Assembly (NCBI GenBank): GCA_964645735.1
Contig: CAZYCB010000047.1
Span: forward strand, 1 to 39,015
Length of the DNA stretch: 39,015 nucleotides
Source of the DNA: an uncultured bacterium
Lineage (GTDB): Bacteria > Krumholzibacteriota > Krumholzibacteriia > WVZY01
Reading direction: 5' to 3'
The stretch's first letter is position 1, and each line of letters opens with the position of its first letter. The notes under the pieces are model-generated. The model was not told the DNA's origin. It saw only the letters and a list, made by a program, of their open reading frames with translations, and did no database searches. The translations under genes were made by a program, and so were the position numbers. This document shows, piece by piece, positions 1 to 9,068 of the stretch.

Positions 1-260
1 TTGATAATGAATCACTCCGGTATCAAAACCAATGATTTCATCCCCCTTTTTAAAACCAGCAAACATATTGAGGGCTGCCCCTCGTCCAACATAGGCCATC
101 GCCTCCTCGATTGCCTGGCGCGCACCAACGGCTATGATGACATCATCCGCTCCACGGTAATGAGTTTGCTCCATTACCACCATCTTCAAATCCGTTGTCC
201 GTGAGTTAACAATATGGAGAGCTACGCCAGCCTGCTCTGCTCCTCGATCTTTTTTTTCGG
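1..260 (-). pseudogene. 5'-truncated fragment of a zinc-type medium-chain (MDR) alcohol/polyol dehydrogenase; continues past the left window edge
   Basis: My minus-strand translation gives ...KKDRGAEQAGVALHIVNSRTTDLKMVVMEQTHYRGADDVIIAVGARQAIEEAMAYVGRGAALNMFAGFKKGDEIIGFDTGVIHYQ. This is the typical stretch after the Rossmann GxGxxG in MDR dehydrogenases. An in-frame TGA at 303-301 and the SPFH gene end at 445 leave no room for the ~170 aa N-terminal catalytic part. It is absent from the ORF track because it is open at the window edge. Local GC is ~46%. Confidence 0.45.
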
Positions 261-360
261 GAAATGGAAGCGTAAATTTACACGGCTTTGCCCGACGCTG
301 TCAAGGGCAAAAATAACGCAGGCATAGAGATAAAGTCAACGAAGTATTTTTTTGCACAGG

Positions 361-392
361 CCGGGGTTTTCTGTGGATAACTCCGGTTTTCT
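361..392 (+). terminator. rho-independent terminator-like hairpin on the plus strand
   Basis: CCGGGGUU (361-368), a 10-nt loop, AACUCCGG (379-386). 8 bp including one G-U, followed by UUUUCU. Confidence 0.45.
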
Positions 393-400
393 GGAAGGGA

Positions 401-421
401 GGTGGCGCGTGTCGCGCCACC
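401..421 (-). terminator. GC hairpin 24 nt after the SPFH stop (weak terminator candidate)
   Basis: GGTGGCGCG-aca-CGCGCCACC: perfect 9-bp stem, followed on the minus strand by UCCCUUCC (no real U tract). Confidence 0.3.
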
Positions 422-444
422 CCCCGGGTGCAGATTTGAGAGGA

Positions 445-1242
445 CTAGACCGTCGTGTCGGGGGAGGTCGGATCGCCCTCCGGCCCCATGCTCTCCCCGG
501 CGATCGGACCCCGATTTTCCATGGTCTTGGGCTCGCCCGACCATGTCTTTCTTTCTTCGTGGGTTACGGAACCCGCCGGTCTTCCCTTACCACCGGACGC
601 CTTCGGCCCGTCGATACGCTCTTTCAGGAGCTCGGCGATGCCGGCAACGCTTCCCAGTACCCCCGTGGTTTCGAGGGGCAGAAAGATCTTGGTCGCCCGC
701 CCATTGGCAATGCTGGAAAGGGCCTCGAGGTACTTTATCGCGATCAAGTCATTGGTAGGATTGCCGTTATGTATCGCTCCGTACACCGTCTGGATCGCCT
801 CCCCCTCGCCCTGCGCCACGGTAAGCTTCTGGTACCTTGTTCCGTCGGCCACTGTGCGCATGGCCTCCGCTTCACCCTCTGCTCTGAGAATCGCCGACTG
901 ACGGACACCTTCCGCTTCGAGAATCGCCGATCGCTTTCGGCCTTCCGCCTCGAGAATCATGGCACGCCGGTCTCGCTCGGCTTTCATCTGCCGATGCATG
1001 GCTTCCGTGACATCGCGCGGGGGCTCGATCCTCTGGAGCTCGACGCGCGTGACCTTCGTGCCCCACTTGTCGGTCGCGTCATCCAGGATCTGGCGAAGCC
1101 GCGTGTTGATCACTTCGCGGGACGTGAGCGATTCGTCCAACGCTAAATCACCAATCAGGTTACGCAGGTTGGTCTGTGCGAGCTTCGTCGCGGCGAGATA
1201 GAAGTTGGCGACGTTGTACGTCACCTTCACCGGGTCGGTCAT
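445..1242 (-). CDS. SPFH/band-7 (stomatin/QmcA-like) protein, N-terminally truncated remnant
   Basis: Within ORF 445..1374, SPFH similarity begins only at [22 protein letters not shown]. It continues through [25 protein letters not shown] and IAIKYLEAL. The membrane anchor and first half of the fold (~85 aa in QmcA-type proteins) are missing, and the residues upstream ([12 protein letters not shown]...) are out-of-frame nfeD sequence. ATG 1242-1240 overlaps the nfeD-fragment stop (ATGA). Confidence 0.7.
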   Translation of the reverse strand: MTDPVKVTYNVANFYLAATKLAQTNLRNLIGDLALDESLTSREVINTRLRQILDDATDKWGTKVTRVELQRIEPPRDVTEAMHRQMKAERDRRAMILEAEGRKRSAILEAEGVRQSAILRAEGEAEAMRTVADGTRYQKLTVAQGEGEAIQTVYGAIHNGNPTNDLIAIKYLEALSSIANGRATKIFLPLETTGVLGSVAGIAELLKERIDGPKASGGKGRPAGSVTHEERKTWSGEPKTMENRGPIAGESMGPEGDPTSPDTTV

Positions 1243-1460
1243 CTCGTAATAAACGACCGCCTCGACGCCACGACGAGCACGAACGAAACGACGATGAACA
1301 CGGCGAACTGCCAGCCGAGCCCCGCCCCTATCAGGGCGAGAACGCCGGCGGCAACGGCACCGACACCGAACCACAGGATGAAAAAGGCGGCGGTGAAGAT
1401 CTCACCGATGAAAAACAGAGCCGCCAGAATCATCCATATCCACCAGAGATTCGTGGACAT
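1239..1460 (-). CDS. NfeD-family membrane protein, C-terminally truncated (membrane part only)
   Basis: 73 aa consisting almost entirely of hydrophobic helices ([49 protein letters not shown]), like the NfeD N-terminal region. The soluble C-terminal OB-fold domain is absent. GGAGG lies 9 nt upstream of ATG 1460. Its position upstream of an SPFH gene matches the usual nfeD-SPFH pairing. Confidence 0.55.
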   Translation of the reverse strand: MSTNLWWIWMILAALFFIGEIFTAAFFILWFGVGAVAAGVLALIGAGLGWQFAVFIVVSFVLVVASRRSFITR

Positions 1461-1572
1461 CTCGATAAGCCTCCTGTCCGCGCCACCGCGCCAGACGGCG
1501 TTACTACAACGATACGGGGAAATTATTCACGGCCGGAAACTGGACCCGCTGCCCGGCGGCCGACGCGCAAGC

Positions 1573-3006
1573 TCACTTCTTCCGCACGCGCGAGCCCTCG
1601 GCAGTGTCTTCAACGGCGTATCCCATCCCGTCGAGCTGGGCGCGTATCTCGTCGGCTCTCTTGAAGTCACGCGATTTCCGCGCCTGCTCCCGGGCGGAAA
1701 CGAGCTGCAGGATTTCGTCCGGCGCCTCTCCGGCACGAGAGGGGAACCCGTTCGGGAACATGCCGAGTACCGTGTCGAAAACGACGATCGCGTCTTTGAC
1801 CGCTTCGAGCGCCTCGCGGTCCTGCGTGACCGTTGCGCCGTTCTCCTCGACGAGTTTGTAATAGGCCCTCACCAGATCGAACACAGAGCCCAGAGCGCCC
1901 GCGGTGTTGAAATCATCGTCCATCGCGGCGAAAAAGTTTTCCTTCGATTTTGCCGCGGCTTCCTTGAGCGCGGTCCCCGCGGGACTCGATATCCCTTGGG
2001 AGCTCCCGAGCTTTTCGAGATTCTCGTCCACCGCGAGGCACGCGAGTCGGAGTCTCTCGTAACTCCGTTTGGCTTCCTCGAGCCTCTCGCGCGAGTACTC
2101 GGTTTGTTTTCGGAAATGCGCCGAGAGAAAATAGAACCGGCACACCTCGCCCGAGTACTCCTTGAGTACATCCTCCATCGCGAAGAAATGTCCCGTGGAC
2201 TTCGACATCTTCTCGCCCCTCAGATTGAGGAGCCCGTTGTGGAGCCAGAAGTGAACGAAAGGACGTCCCGTTGCCGCCTCGGACTGAGCGAGTTCGTTTT
2301 CATGGTGCGGGAAGATGAGGTCCTCGCCTCCGCCGTGGAAATCGAGCGTCTCCCCGAGGTACTTCATCGACATCGCCGAGCACTCGATATGCCACCCCGG
2401 GCGGCCGCGCCCCCACGGCGTGTCCCACCCCGGTTCGTTCGGTTTCGACGCCTTCCACAGGGCGAAGTCGAGAGGATCTTCTTTCTGTTCGCCGACGGCG
2501 ATCCGCGACCCGGACATCAGGTCGTCGATCTTTCTCTTGGAGAGCTTCCCGTAGCCCGGGAAAGTCCGGACGCGGAAGTAGACGTCGCCTCCGGTTGCGT
2601 AGGCGTGGCCCCGCTCGACGAGTTTCTCTATGAGGTCGACGATCTCCTTGATGTGATCGGTCGCGCGCGGGTACTGCGTGGCCGGCCGTATGTTGAGGGC
2701 CTTCGCCGCATCGAAGTACGCTTTGATGTTCCGCTCGGCGACTTCCTTGCAGTCGCATCCTTCCTTGTTCGCCTTGTCGATGATCTTGTCGTCGATGTCG
2801 GTGAAGTTCTGGACGTACGTCACCTCGTATCCCTTGAACTCGAGATACCGCCGTATCATGTCCGCCGCCACGAAGGCGAGCATGTGACCCATGTGCGGCT
2901 TGTCCTGGACGGTCATCCCGCAGAAATAGATGCCGACCTTTCCCTCGTGGACGGGTTCGAATTCGACGTTCTTCGCGCGCTGCGTGTCGTAGACCCTGAG
3001 AGTCAT
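1573..3006 (-). CDS. cysS: cysteine--tRNA ligase
   Basis: 477 aa. Class I HIGH-type motif (DKPHMGHMLAF), KMSKS (GEKMSKSTGHFF) and a CysRS-like N-terminus (VGIYFCGMTV). ATG at 3006. Confidence 0.97.
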   Translation of the reverse strand: MTLRVYDTQRAKNVEFEPVHEGKVGIYFCGMTVQDKPHMGHMLAFVAADMIRRYLEFKGYEVTYVQNFTDIDDKIIDKANKEGCDCKEVAERNIKAYFDAAKALNIRPATQYPRATDHIKEIVDLIEKLVERGHAYATGGDVYFRVRTFPGYGKLSKRKIDDLMSGSRIAVGEQKEDPLDFALWKASKPNEPGWDTPWGRGRPGWHIECSAMSMKYLGETLDFHGGGEDLIFPHHENELAQSEAATGRPFVHFWLHNGLLNLRGEKMSKSTGHFFAMEDVLKEYSGEVCRFYFLSAHFRKQTEYSRERLEEAKRSYERLRLACLAVDENLEKLGSSQGISSPAGTALKEAAAKSKENFFAAMDDDFNTAGALGSVFDLVRAYYKLVEENGATVTQDREALEAVKDAIVVFDTVLGMFPNGFPSRAGEAPDEILQLVSAREQARKSRDFKRADEIRAQLDGMGYAVEDTAEGSRVRKK

Positions 3007-3051
3007 CGTTTCCCCTTCGTTGTTTCGTCCGAGTGTACCTTTCCTCCGGGA

Positions 3052-4104
3052 TTATAGCCCGCCGTCGGGCAGGGCCAAGCGCAAGATTCTATCCACGAGC
3101 TCGGGGAACGCGATCCCCACCGCCCCCGCGGCCTTGGGGACGAGGCTCGTCGACGTCATCCCGGGGAGCGTGTTGACCTCGAGGAAATAGTGGTCCCCCT
3201 GGGGTTTCAGACGGAAATCCACCCTCGCGTACCCCCGGCAGCCGAGAGCGCGATACGCGTCCTTCGCCGAACGGGCGACGGCGTCCGCGACGCCTTCTTC
3301 GAGCGGCGCGGGGACGATGTACTCGCATGCACCCGACGTGTACTTGTTCTTGTAGTCGTAGAAGCCCGCCTTCGGTCGTATCTCGATGAGCGGCAGCTCG
3401 ACGCCGTCGAGCATGGAGGCGGTCACTTCCGTTCCTTCGATGTACTCCTCGACGAGGTAGGGGCCGCCGTAGGACCTCGCGTCCTCTATGGCCGAGGCGA
3501 GTTCCTCGACGGTGCGGACAATCGCCACGCCCACGCTCGACCCCTCGCGGTTCGGCTTCACGACAGCGGGTAGGGAGGGGGTCTTCATGACACGGCTTTC
3601 GATGTCAGCGGCGTCCTTCTCGTGCGGCTCGAGGAAGAGCTGTTTTGCCACGGGAACGCGTTCCCTCGCGACGATGTTCTTGGAGAGGTTCTTGTCCATC
3701 GCGAGCATCGAGGCGCACGCGCCGCTCCCCGTGTATGGAATTCCGTAGAAATCGAGTACCGCCTGGAACGTCCCGTCCTCCCCCGCGCCCCCGTGAAGAC
3801 AGTTGAACACGACGTCGCACCCGAGAAGGTCGAACTCGCCGAGCACCGTCATGAACTTCTTGCGGGCATCGTATTTCTCCCGCCCCAAACGCGGCGGCTC
3901 GGCGCTTATCCCCGCATTCTTGAAGATCGCGGCCGGGTCCTCCGTCGGCGGGATCTCCGGGTGGAGAGGATCGGTGACGACGACCCTGTGCCCGAGATCG
4001 CGGAGCGCCTGATAAACGCTTCTCCCGCTCCCGAGCGACACGTCCCGTTCGGTCGAGTCTCCGCCGACGACAAGCATCACGTTGAGTTTCCGTACGATGG
4101 TCAT
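3052..4104 (-). CDS. ddl: D-alanine--D-alanine ligase
   Basis: 350 aa ATP-grasp protein. Motifs: VVGGDSTERDVSLGSG, FNCLHGGAGEDGTFQAVLDFYGIPYTGSG, LEVNTLPGMT. AAGGAG upstream of ATG 4104. Confidence 0.95.
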   Translation of the reverse strand: MTIVRKLNVMLVVGGDSTERDVSLGSGRSVYQALRDLGHRVVVTDPLHPEIPPTEDPAAIFKNAGISAEPPRLGREKYDARKKFMTVLGEFDLLGCDVVFNCLHGGAGEDGTFQAVLDFYGIPYTGSGACASMLAMDKNLSKNIVARERVPVAKQLFLEPHEKDAADIESRVMKTPSLPAVVKPNREGSSVGVAIVRTVEELASAIEDARSYGGPYLVEEYIEGTEVTASMLDGVELPLIEIRPKAGFYDYKNKYTSGACEYIVPAPLEEGVADAVARSAKDAYRALGCRGYARVDFRLKPQGDHYFLEVNTLPGMTSTSLVPKAAGAVGIAFPELVDRILRLALPDGGL

Positions 4105-4212
4105 GACTCCTTGGGCTCCTTGTTCTCGATCGACGCTCTCGCGCTGCGAATCATCGTTGTAACGCGCGGCGGCCTCCGGTGTCGCACGGCGCCTTCATTC
4201 GATTTTCTCCCG

Positions 4213-5664
4213 CTATTCTCCCGCCGCGGCCGCCCGTGCTCGATCGAGGAGGCCGAGCACCGCCTCGCGCCCTCTGAGTTCCGCCAGTCCCGCGAGATCC
4301 GGACCGTGCACGGCACCGGTCAGCGCCGCGCGGATCGGGAAGTAGAGCGCCTTTCCTTTTTGACCCGTGGCTTTCCCGACTTCGTCCACCATCGACTTGA
4401 AGCGCGCCGCGGTCAGCGTTTCGTCCGAAGCGCGAAGCGCGTTCTCCAGCGCGTCGATGACCTTGCCGGTGTCGGGGGACCGGAGCACGGTCCGCGCTTC
4501 ATCGTCGAAAGCGGGCGCGAATTCGAACGGTGCCGACTTCCCGGCCAGGTCCCCGAGCGTCTCTATTTTCTCGTGAAGCAGATCCAGGATACGCCGTCTC
4601 GCGTTCGCATCGTAGAGCGTCCGTATGCTCTCGGGAAAAAACGGGTCCGCCTTTTCGAAAAGCGCTTCGGGCTCGGTTCGCCGTATGTACTGCCCGTTCA
4701 TCCACCGGAGCTTCTCGCGGTCGTAGACCGCCGCGCTCTTCGACACGCGCTCCAGCGAAAAGTTCTCGATTAGCTCGTTCACAGGGAGCACCTCTTTTTC
4801 ATCCGGATGCGACCATCCGAGAAGCACGAGGTAGTTCAATACCGCACCTGGGAGCATCCCGAGCTCTTTGAGCTCGCCGACGGTGCTCCCGCCGTGGCGT
4901 TTGCTCAATTTGGACTTGTCTTCCGCGAGTATGAGCGGGAGGTGGCCGAACTGTGGGAGCGGGAAATCGAATGCCTCGTAGACGAGAACCTGTCTCAGCG
5001 TGTTCGAGAGGTGCTCTTCGCCCCGTAGCACGTGCGTGATCTCCATCGCGCGATCGTCGATGGCGGCGGCGAAGTTGTACGTCGGGTTTCCGTTGGAACG
5101 GACAACCACGAAATCGCCGACCATGTTCGTCGAGAGCTCGACGCGGCCCCGTACCAGATCGTGAATGCGGACGACGTCGGTGGGCACCTTGAAGCGAACC
5201 GTTTCCGGAAGGCCGGCGCTGCGATTCTTCGCGACTTCGTCGGGAGTGAGCGACCGGCATGTGCCGTCGTACTGGGGTGGGGCTCCGCGCTCGAGCGCCG
5301 CCTGGCGTTTGGCGTCGAGCGCCTCGTCCGAGCAGAAACACGGGTACGCCTTCCCCGCTTCAATGAGTTCTTCGGCGCGCCGGCGGTAGATCGCAAGCCG
5401 CTCCGACTGCCGGTACGGCGCGAAAGGGCCGCCCACGTCGGGCCCTTCGTCCCAATCGAGTCCCAGCCAGTGGAGATCTTCTATGAGAGACGCTTCGTAC
5501 TCCGCCCTGTTTCTCTCGACGTCGGTGTCCTCGATGCGGAGGATGAACTGTCCTCGGTGGTGGCGGGCGAAGAGCCAGTTGAAAATCGCCGTCCGCGCGC
5601 CTCCGACGTGGAGATACCCCGTCGGGCTCGGGGCGAACCGGACTCTCACGGCTTCCCGGGGCAT
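4213..5664 (-). CDS. gltX: glutamate--tRNA ligase
   Basis: The ORF-track start at 6138 is an Arg-rich artefact overlapping ispF. ATG 5664 gives MPREAVRVRFAPSPTGYLHVGGARTAIFNWLFAR (GluRS HIGH region), and KLSKR (KMSKS equivalent) is present. 484 aa. Confidence 0.95.
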   Translation of the reverse strand: MPREAVRVRFAPSPTGYLHVGGARTAIFNWLFARHHRGQFILRIEDTDVERNRAEYEASLIEDLHWLGLDWDEGPDVGGPFAPYRQSERLAIYRRRAEELIEAGKAYPCFCSDEALDAKRQAALERGAPPQYDGTCRSLTPDEVAKNRSAGLPETVRFKVPTDVVRIHDLVRGRVELSTNMVGDFVVVRSNGNPTYNFAAAIDDRAMEITHVLRGEEHLSNTLRQVLVYEAFDFPLPQFGHLPLILAEDKSKLSKRHGGSTVGELKELGMLPGAVLNYLVLLGWSHPDEKEVLPVNELIENFSLERVSKSAAVYDREKLRWMNGQYIRRTEPEALFEKADPFFPESIRTLYDANARRRILDLLHEKIETLGDLAGKSAPFEFAPAFDDEARTVLRSPDTGKVIDALENALRASDETLTAARFKSMVDEVGKATGQKGKALYFPIRAALTGAVHGPDLAGLAELRGREAVLGLLDRARAAAAGE

Positions 5665-5669
5665 CTCGA

Positions 5670-6158
5670 TCAGCGGGTCTCCTTCCGCATCACCAGCGCC
5701 ACCGCCTGCGCGGCGATGATCTCGCCCCGTCCTACGGCTCCTTTCCCCTCCCACGTCGTGGCCTTGACGGATACGCATTCCGCCTCGATACCGAGGTGCT
5801 GCGCGATCGCGCTCTGCATCTGTTGTTTTCTTTTGGCGAGCCGCACGGCATCGCTCATAACCACGCAATCGATGTTGACGATCGAGTAACGGCATTCCTC
5901 CACCATGCCGTGGACGATTTCGAGGAACTTGTGGCCGGGGAAGTTCCTGAACCGCGCGTCGGTATCGGGGAAGTGCTCGCCCATGTCCCCCAGGCCGGTC
6001 GCGCCGAGAAGCGCGTCGCAGATCGCGTGGCAGAGGGCGTCCGCATCCGAGTGTCCGGCGAGACCTCTCGGTTCGCCCGCGAAATGGACGCAGCCGAGGT
6101 AGAGCGCGCGCCCTTCGACGAGTGGATGCACATCCCACCCGATCCCGATTCGGAACAT
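5670..6158 (-). CDS. ispF: 2-C-methyl-D-erythritol 2,4-cyclodiphosphate synthase
   Basis: 162 aa. GIGWDVHPL, GHSDADALCHAICDALLGA and DMGEHFPDTD are the IspF metal/substrate motifs. Confidence 0.95.
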   Translation of the reverse strand: MFRIGIGWDVHPLVEGRALYLGCVHFAGEPRGLAGHSDADALCHAICDALLGATGLGDMGEHFPDTDARFRNFPGHKFLEIVHGMVEECRYSIVNIDCVVMSDAVRLAKRKQQMQSAIAQHLGIEAECVSVKATTWEGKGAVGRGEIIAAQAVALVMRKETR

Positions 6159-6195
6159 GATCGATCTCCCTTCTGGTGAATCCGATCCTAGAACG

Positions 6196-6885
6196 TCACA
6201 ATCGCTGTCTCTCGAGGATCGCCTCGGCTATCGAGGCATCTTCGATGTACGTGATCTTGATGTTCGTCCGCTCCCCTTGAATGGTCCGCACGACTTCGCC
6301 GAGGGCGAAGACGAGAGATCCGTCGTCGCTCGACGTGACGCCGCGCGCCGTGGCGCTGCGATGGGCGCGGACGAGCAGTTCCTTCCGGAACCCCTGAGGC
6401 GTCTGCACGCCCGAAATGTGCACGCGGTCGAGAATGGCGTCGACCGTGCCGCCGTCTTCGCGGACGAGCGTGTCGACGACGGGCCAGACGGGAACCGCGG
6501 CCCCATGCGTCTTCAGCGCGTCGATCGTACGGCCGATGAGGGCCGGTGTCACGCAGGGCCGCGCGGCGTCGTGCACGAGCACGATGTCGCACGCCGGATC
6601 CACGGTGTCGAGGCCGAGCCTCACCGAATCCTGCCGCGTCTGGCCGCCCGCGATGACACGGGAGATTTTCGGGACGTGGTAGTCCTCGAGGACCGCGCCC
6701 ACACGTCCCTCCTCACCCGGCGGAGCGATCACGGTGATCGATTCGACGCCCGCGTGTATCGCGAACCGCTCGGCCGACCACACGAGAGCCGGGCGCCCGA
6801 GCAGAGGGTAGAGAGCCTTCGGCTCCGTACCCTCGAACCGTTCGCCGGTCCCGGCGGCCATGATCAGCACCGTCGTCGTGCCCAT
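6196..6885 (-). CDS. ispD: 2-C-methyl-D-erythritol 4-phosphate cytidylyltransferase
   Basis: 229 aa. N-terminal IMAAGTGERF (AAGxGxR CTP site) and VLVHDAARPC. Adjacent to ispF. Confidence 0.93.
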   Translation of the reverse strand: MGTTTVLIMAAGTGERFEGTEPKALYPLLGRPALVWSAERFAIHAGVESITVIAPPGEEGRVGAVLEDYHVPKISRVIAGGQTRQDSVRLGLDTVDPACDIVLVHDAARPCVTPALIGRTIDALKTHGAAVPVWPVVDTLVREDGGTVDAILDRVHISGVQTPQGFRKELLVRAHRSATARGVTSSDDGSLVFALGEVVRTIQGERTNIKITYIEDASIAEAILERQRL

Positions 6886-6910
6886 CGCGTCCTCGTTCCT
6901 GGTCCGCGCG

Positions 6911-8257
6911 TCAATCGCGCGCGAGTCTCTCGAAACGCGTGTACTCCCTGACGAACGCGAGCTTAACCGTTCCCGTCGGCCCGTTTCTCTGTTTGGCGAT
7001 GATCACCTCGGCCATTCCCGCGTGCTCCGACTCCTCCCCCTCGTACACCTCCGGACGGTACAGCATCAGCACGGTGTCGGCATCCTGTTCGATCGCGCCG
7101 CTTTCCCGGAGGTCCGAGAGCATCGGCCGGCGGTCGCCCCCGCGCGACTCGACGGCGCGGGAGAGCTGGGAAAGGCAGACGACGGGGATGTCGAGTTCCT
7201 TCGCGAGGTTCTTGAGATTTCTCGAGATGACCGAGATTTGCTGCTGGCGGTTTTCCGTCGGCTCGCGGACGGTGACGAGCTGCAGATAGTCGATGACAAC
7301 GCAGCCCACATTCTGCTCCGCCTTGAGGCGCCTCGCCTTCGCACGGAGTTCCATCATCGAGGTGCCGGCGGAATCATCGATGTAGAGCGGTGCGTCGCTC
7401 AAGTATCCCGCGACGATCGCCAGCTCGGCGAACTCCGAGTGTTTGATGTGCCCCATGCGAAGCCGGTGAGAATCCACGCGGGCCTCGCTGCACAGGAGCC
7501 TCATGACGAGCTGTTCGGCGGACATCTCGAGGCTGAAGACGCCGACGGGGATCTTCTCCTTGATCGCCAGGTGCTGGGCGATATTGAGCGCGAAGCTCGT
7601 CTTGCCCATCGAGGGCCGCCCGGCGATGATGACGAGCTCGCTCTTTTGGAACCCCGAGGTGTATGCGTCGAGTTCGTCGAAAGGCGAGGGGAGCCCCGAC
7701 ACGCCGCCGCGCTCCGAGAGCTGCTCGAGGTTCGCGAACTTCTCCTTGATGATCCTGCCGATCGGTTCGAACCCTTTGCGAATCCCGCGCTCGGACACTT
7801 CGAAGATCAAACGCTGTGCCTCGTCGAGGACCTCGCTCGCATCCTCGCTCCCGTGCAGCGCCCGTGTCGAGATCTGCCCCGACACGGAGATGAGCTTTCT
7901 CAGGAGGTACTTGTCGAGGACCACACGCGCGTAGTGCTCGGCGTTCGCCGCCGTGTGCACGTTGTCCATGATCTGCGTGAGGTACGCCGGGCCGCCGATC
8001 GACTGATACGCACCCATTCGCTTGAGCTCTTCCGAGAGCGTGAGCACGTCGATCGCTTCGCTCTTCTGGCTCAAGCGCTCCATCGCCTGGAAGATCTTCT
8101 GATGCGCCTGTTTGTAGAAAGTCTCTTCGGAGAGATTTTCCGTGATCACCGAATACGCGGAGTTGTCGATGAGCACGGCGCCGAGAACGGCCATCTCGGC
8201 TTCGATCGAATGCGGCGGAACTCTGTCGGCGCCGCTCGACAGCGTCATGTCGGTCAC
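6911..8257 (-). CDS. dnaB: replicative DNA helicase DnaB
   Basis: PPHSIEAEMAVLGAVL N-terminal motif, Walker A GRPSMGKTSFALN, Walker B VVIDYLQL, and SQLSRAVESR. The ORF-track start 8311 is a TTG. GTG 8257 has GGGGAGG 5 nt upstream; ATG 8248 is also possible. Confidence 0.95.
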   Translation of the reverse strand: MTDMTLSSGADRVPPHSIEAEMAVLGAVLIDNSAYSVITENLSEETFYKQAHQKIFQAMERLSQKSEAIDVLTLSEELKRMGAYQSIGGPAYLTQIMDNVHTAANAEHYARVVLDKYLLRKLISVSGQISTRALHGSEDASEVLDEAQRLIFEVSERGIRKGFEPIGRIIKEKFANLEQLSERGGVSGLPSPFDELDAYTSGFQKSELVIIAGRPSMGKTSFALNIAQHLAIKEKIPVGVFSLEMSAEQLVMRLLCSEARVDSHRLRMGHIKHSEFAELAIVAGYLSDAPLYIDDSAGTSMMELRAKARRLKAEQNVGCVVIDYLQLVTVREPTENRQQQISVISRNLKNLAKELDIPVVCLSQLSRAVESRGGDRRPMLSDLRESGAIEQDADTVLMLYRPEVYEGEESEHAGMAEVIIAKQRNGPTGTVKLAFVREYTRFERLARD

Positions 8258-8360
8258 GTCAACCTCCCCATGCCGGCCCCAAAGCGCATGCCGCTCCGGA
8301 GACACGTCCAAAAAACAGGCGGAGCGAGCGCGAAGCGAACGGAGCCGTACGAAACGATTC

Positions 8361-9068
8361 TCACGCGATGAGAGACTTGAGCTTCTTGAAGTCCTCCCAC
8401 GTCTCTCTTTTGAGCTCCGGGTTCCGCAGCAGCGCCGCCGGGTGATACGTCACCAGCACCGGTATCCCGCGGTAGAAGTTCTCGGAGCTGCGCAGCGACG
8501 CGAGCGGTTCTTTGTTGCCGAGGAGCCACTGTGCGGCGATCCGTCCCAACGCGCAGATCAAACGGGGCTTGATGAGATCGATCTGCTCCATCAAGTACGC
8601 CTCGCAGCACCGGACCTCTTCTTCCATGGGATCGCGGTTCTGGGGCGGGCGGCACTTGACCATGTTCGTGATGTATACGTCCTCGCGCCGGAGCTCGATC
8701 GCCGCGAGGATCTTGGTGAGCAGCTGCCCCGACCGTCCGACGAAAGGCTCCCCCTTGAGATCTTCGTCCCTCCCCGGCCCCTCGCCGATGAACATCACCT
8801 TGGTCCTGGGGTTGCCCTTGCCGAAAACGGTCTTCGTCCGTCCCTGGTGAAGCGCGCACTTCGTGCACGTGCTGACCCTTCCTTCGATCTCGCTCAGGCG
8901 TTCTTCGACCGTTTTTTCGGCGACATCCATAACGTTGCTCGCGGAGGCGGTTTGAGGTCCCTCGGTATCCAGGTAGAGCGATCTTACACCTTTTCGCTCG
9001 AGCCTTCTCAGGTACGAAATCACCACGGGGGTGATTTCCTGTGGACAACTGAAGCGAGGAGTTTTCAT
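8361..9068 (-). CDS. uracil-DNA glycosylase, family 4 (Fe-S type)
   Basis: 235 aa. CTKCALHQGRT, GEGPGRDED (motif A), FVGRSGQLL, HPAALLRNP (motif B). Confidence 0.9.
   Translation of the reverse strand: MKTPRFSCPQEITPVVISYLRRLERKGVRSLYLDTEGPQTASASNVMDVAEKTVEERLSEIEGRVSTCTKCALHQGRTKTVFGKGNPRTKVMFIGEGPGRDEDLKGEPFVGRSGQLLTKILAAIELRREDVYITNMVKCRPPQNRDPMEEEVRCCEAYLMEQIDLIKPRLICALGRIAAQWLLGNKEPLASLRSSENFYRGIPVLVTYHPAALLRNPELKRETWEDFKKLKSLIA

Noticed and set aside
214-327. 37-aa plus-strand ORF antisense to the dehydrogenase fragment and followed by a terminator, as a possible type I toxin-like small membrane peptide.
   Set aside because: The hydrophobic stretch is only ~13-15 residues. There is no convincing SD, and there is no conservation information. 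It is mentioned only as context for the orphan terminator.
1294-3057. Very long plus-strand ORFs antisense to real genes. Examples: 1294..3057 (587 aa), 6860..8371, 8142..9845, 16099..17910, 26044..27549, 32590..34389, 36424..37881.
   Set aside because: All lie exactly opposite well-supported minus-strand genes. They are Arg/Pro/Gly/Asp-rich, have no recognisable motifs and lack SDs. These are typical shadow ORFs of a high-GC genome.
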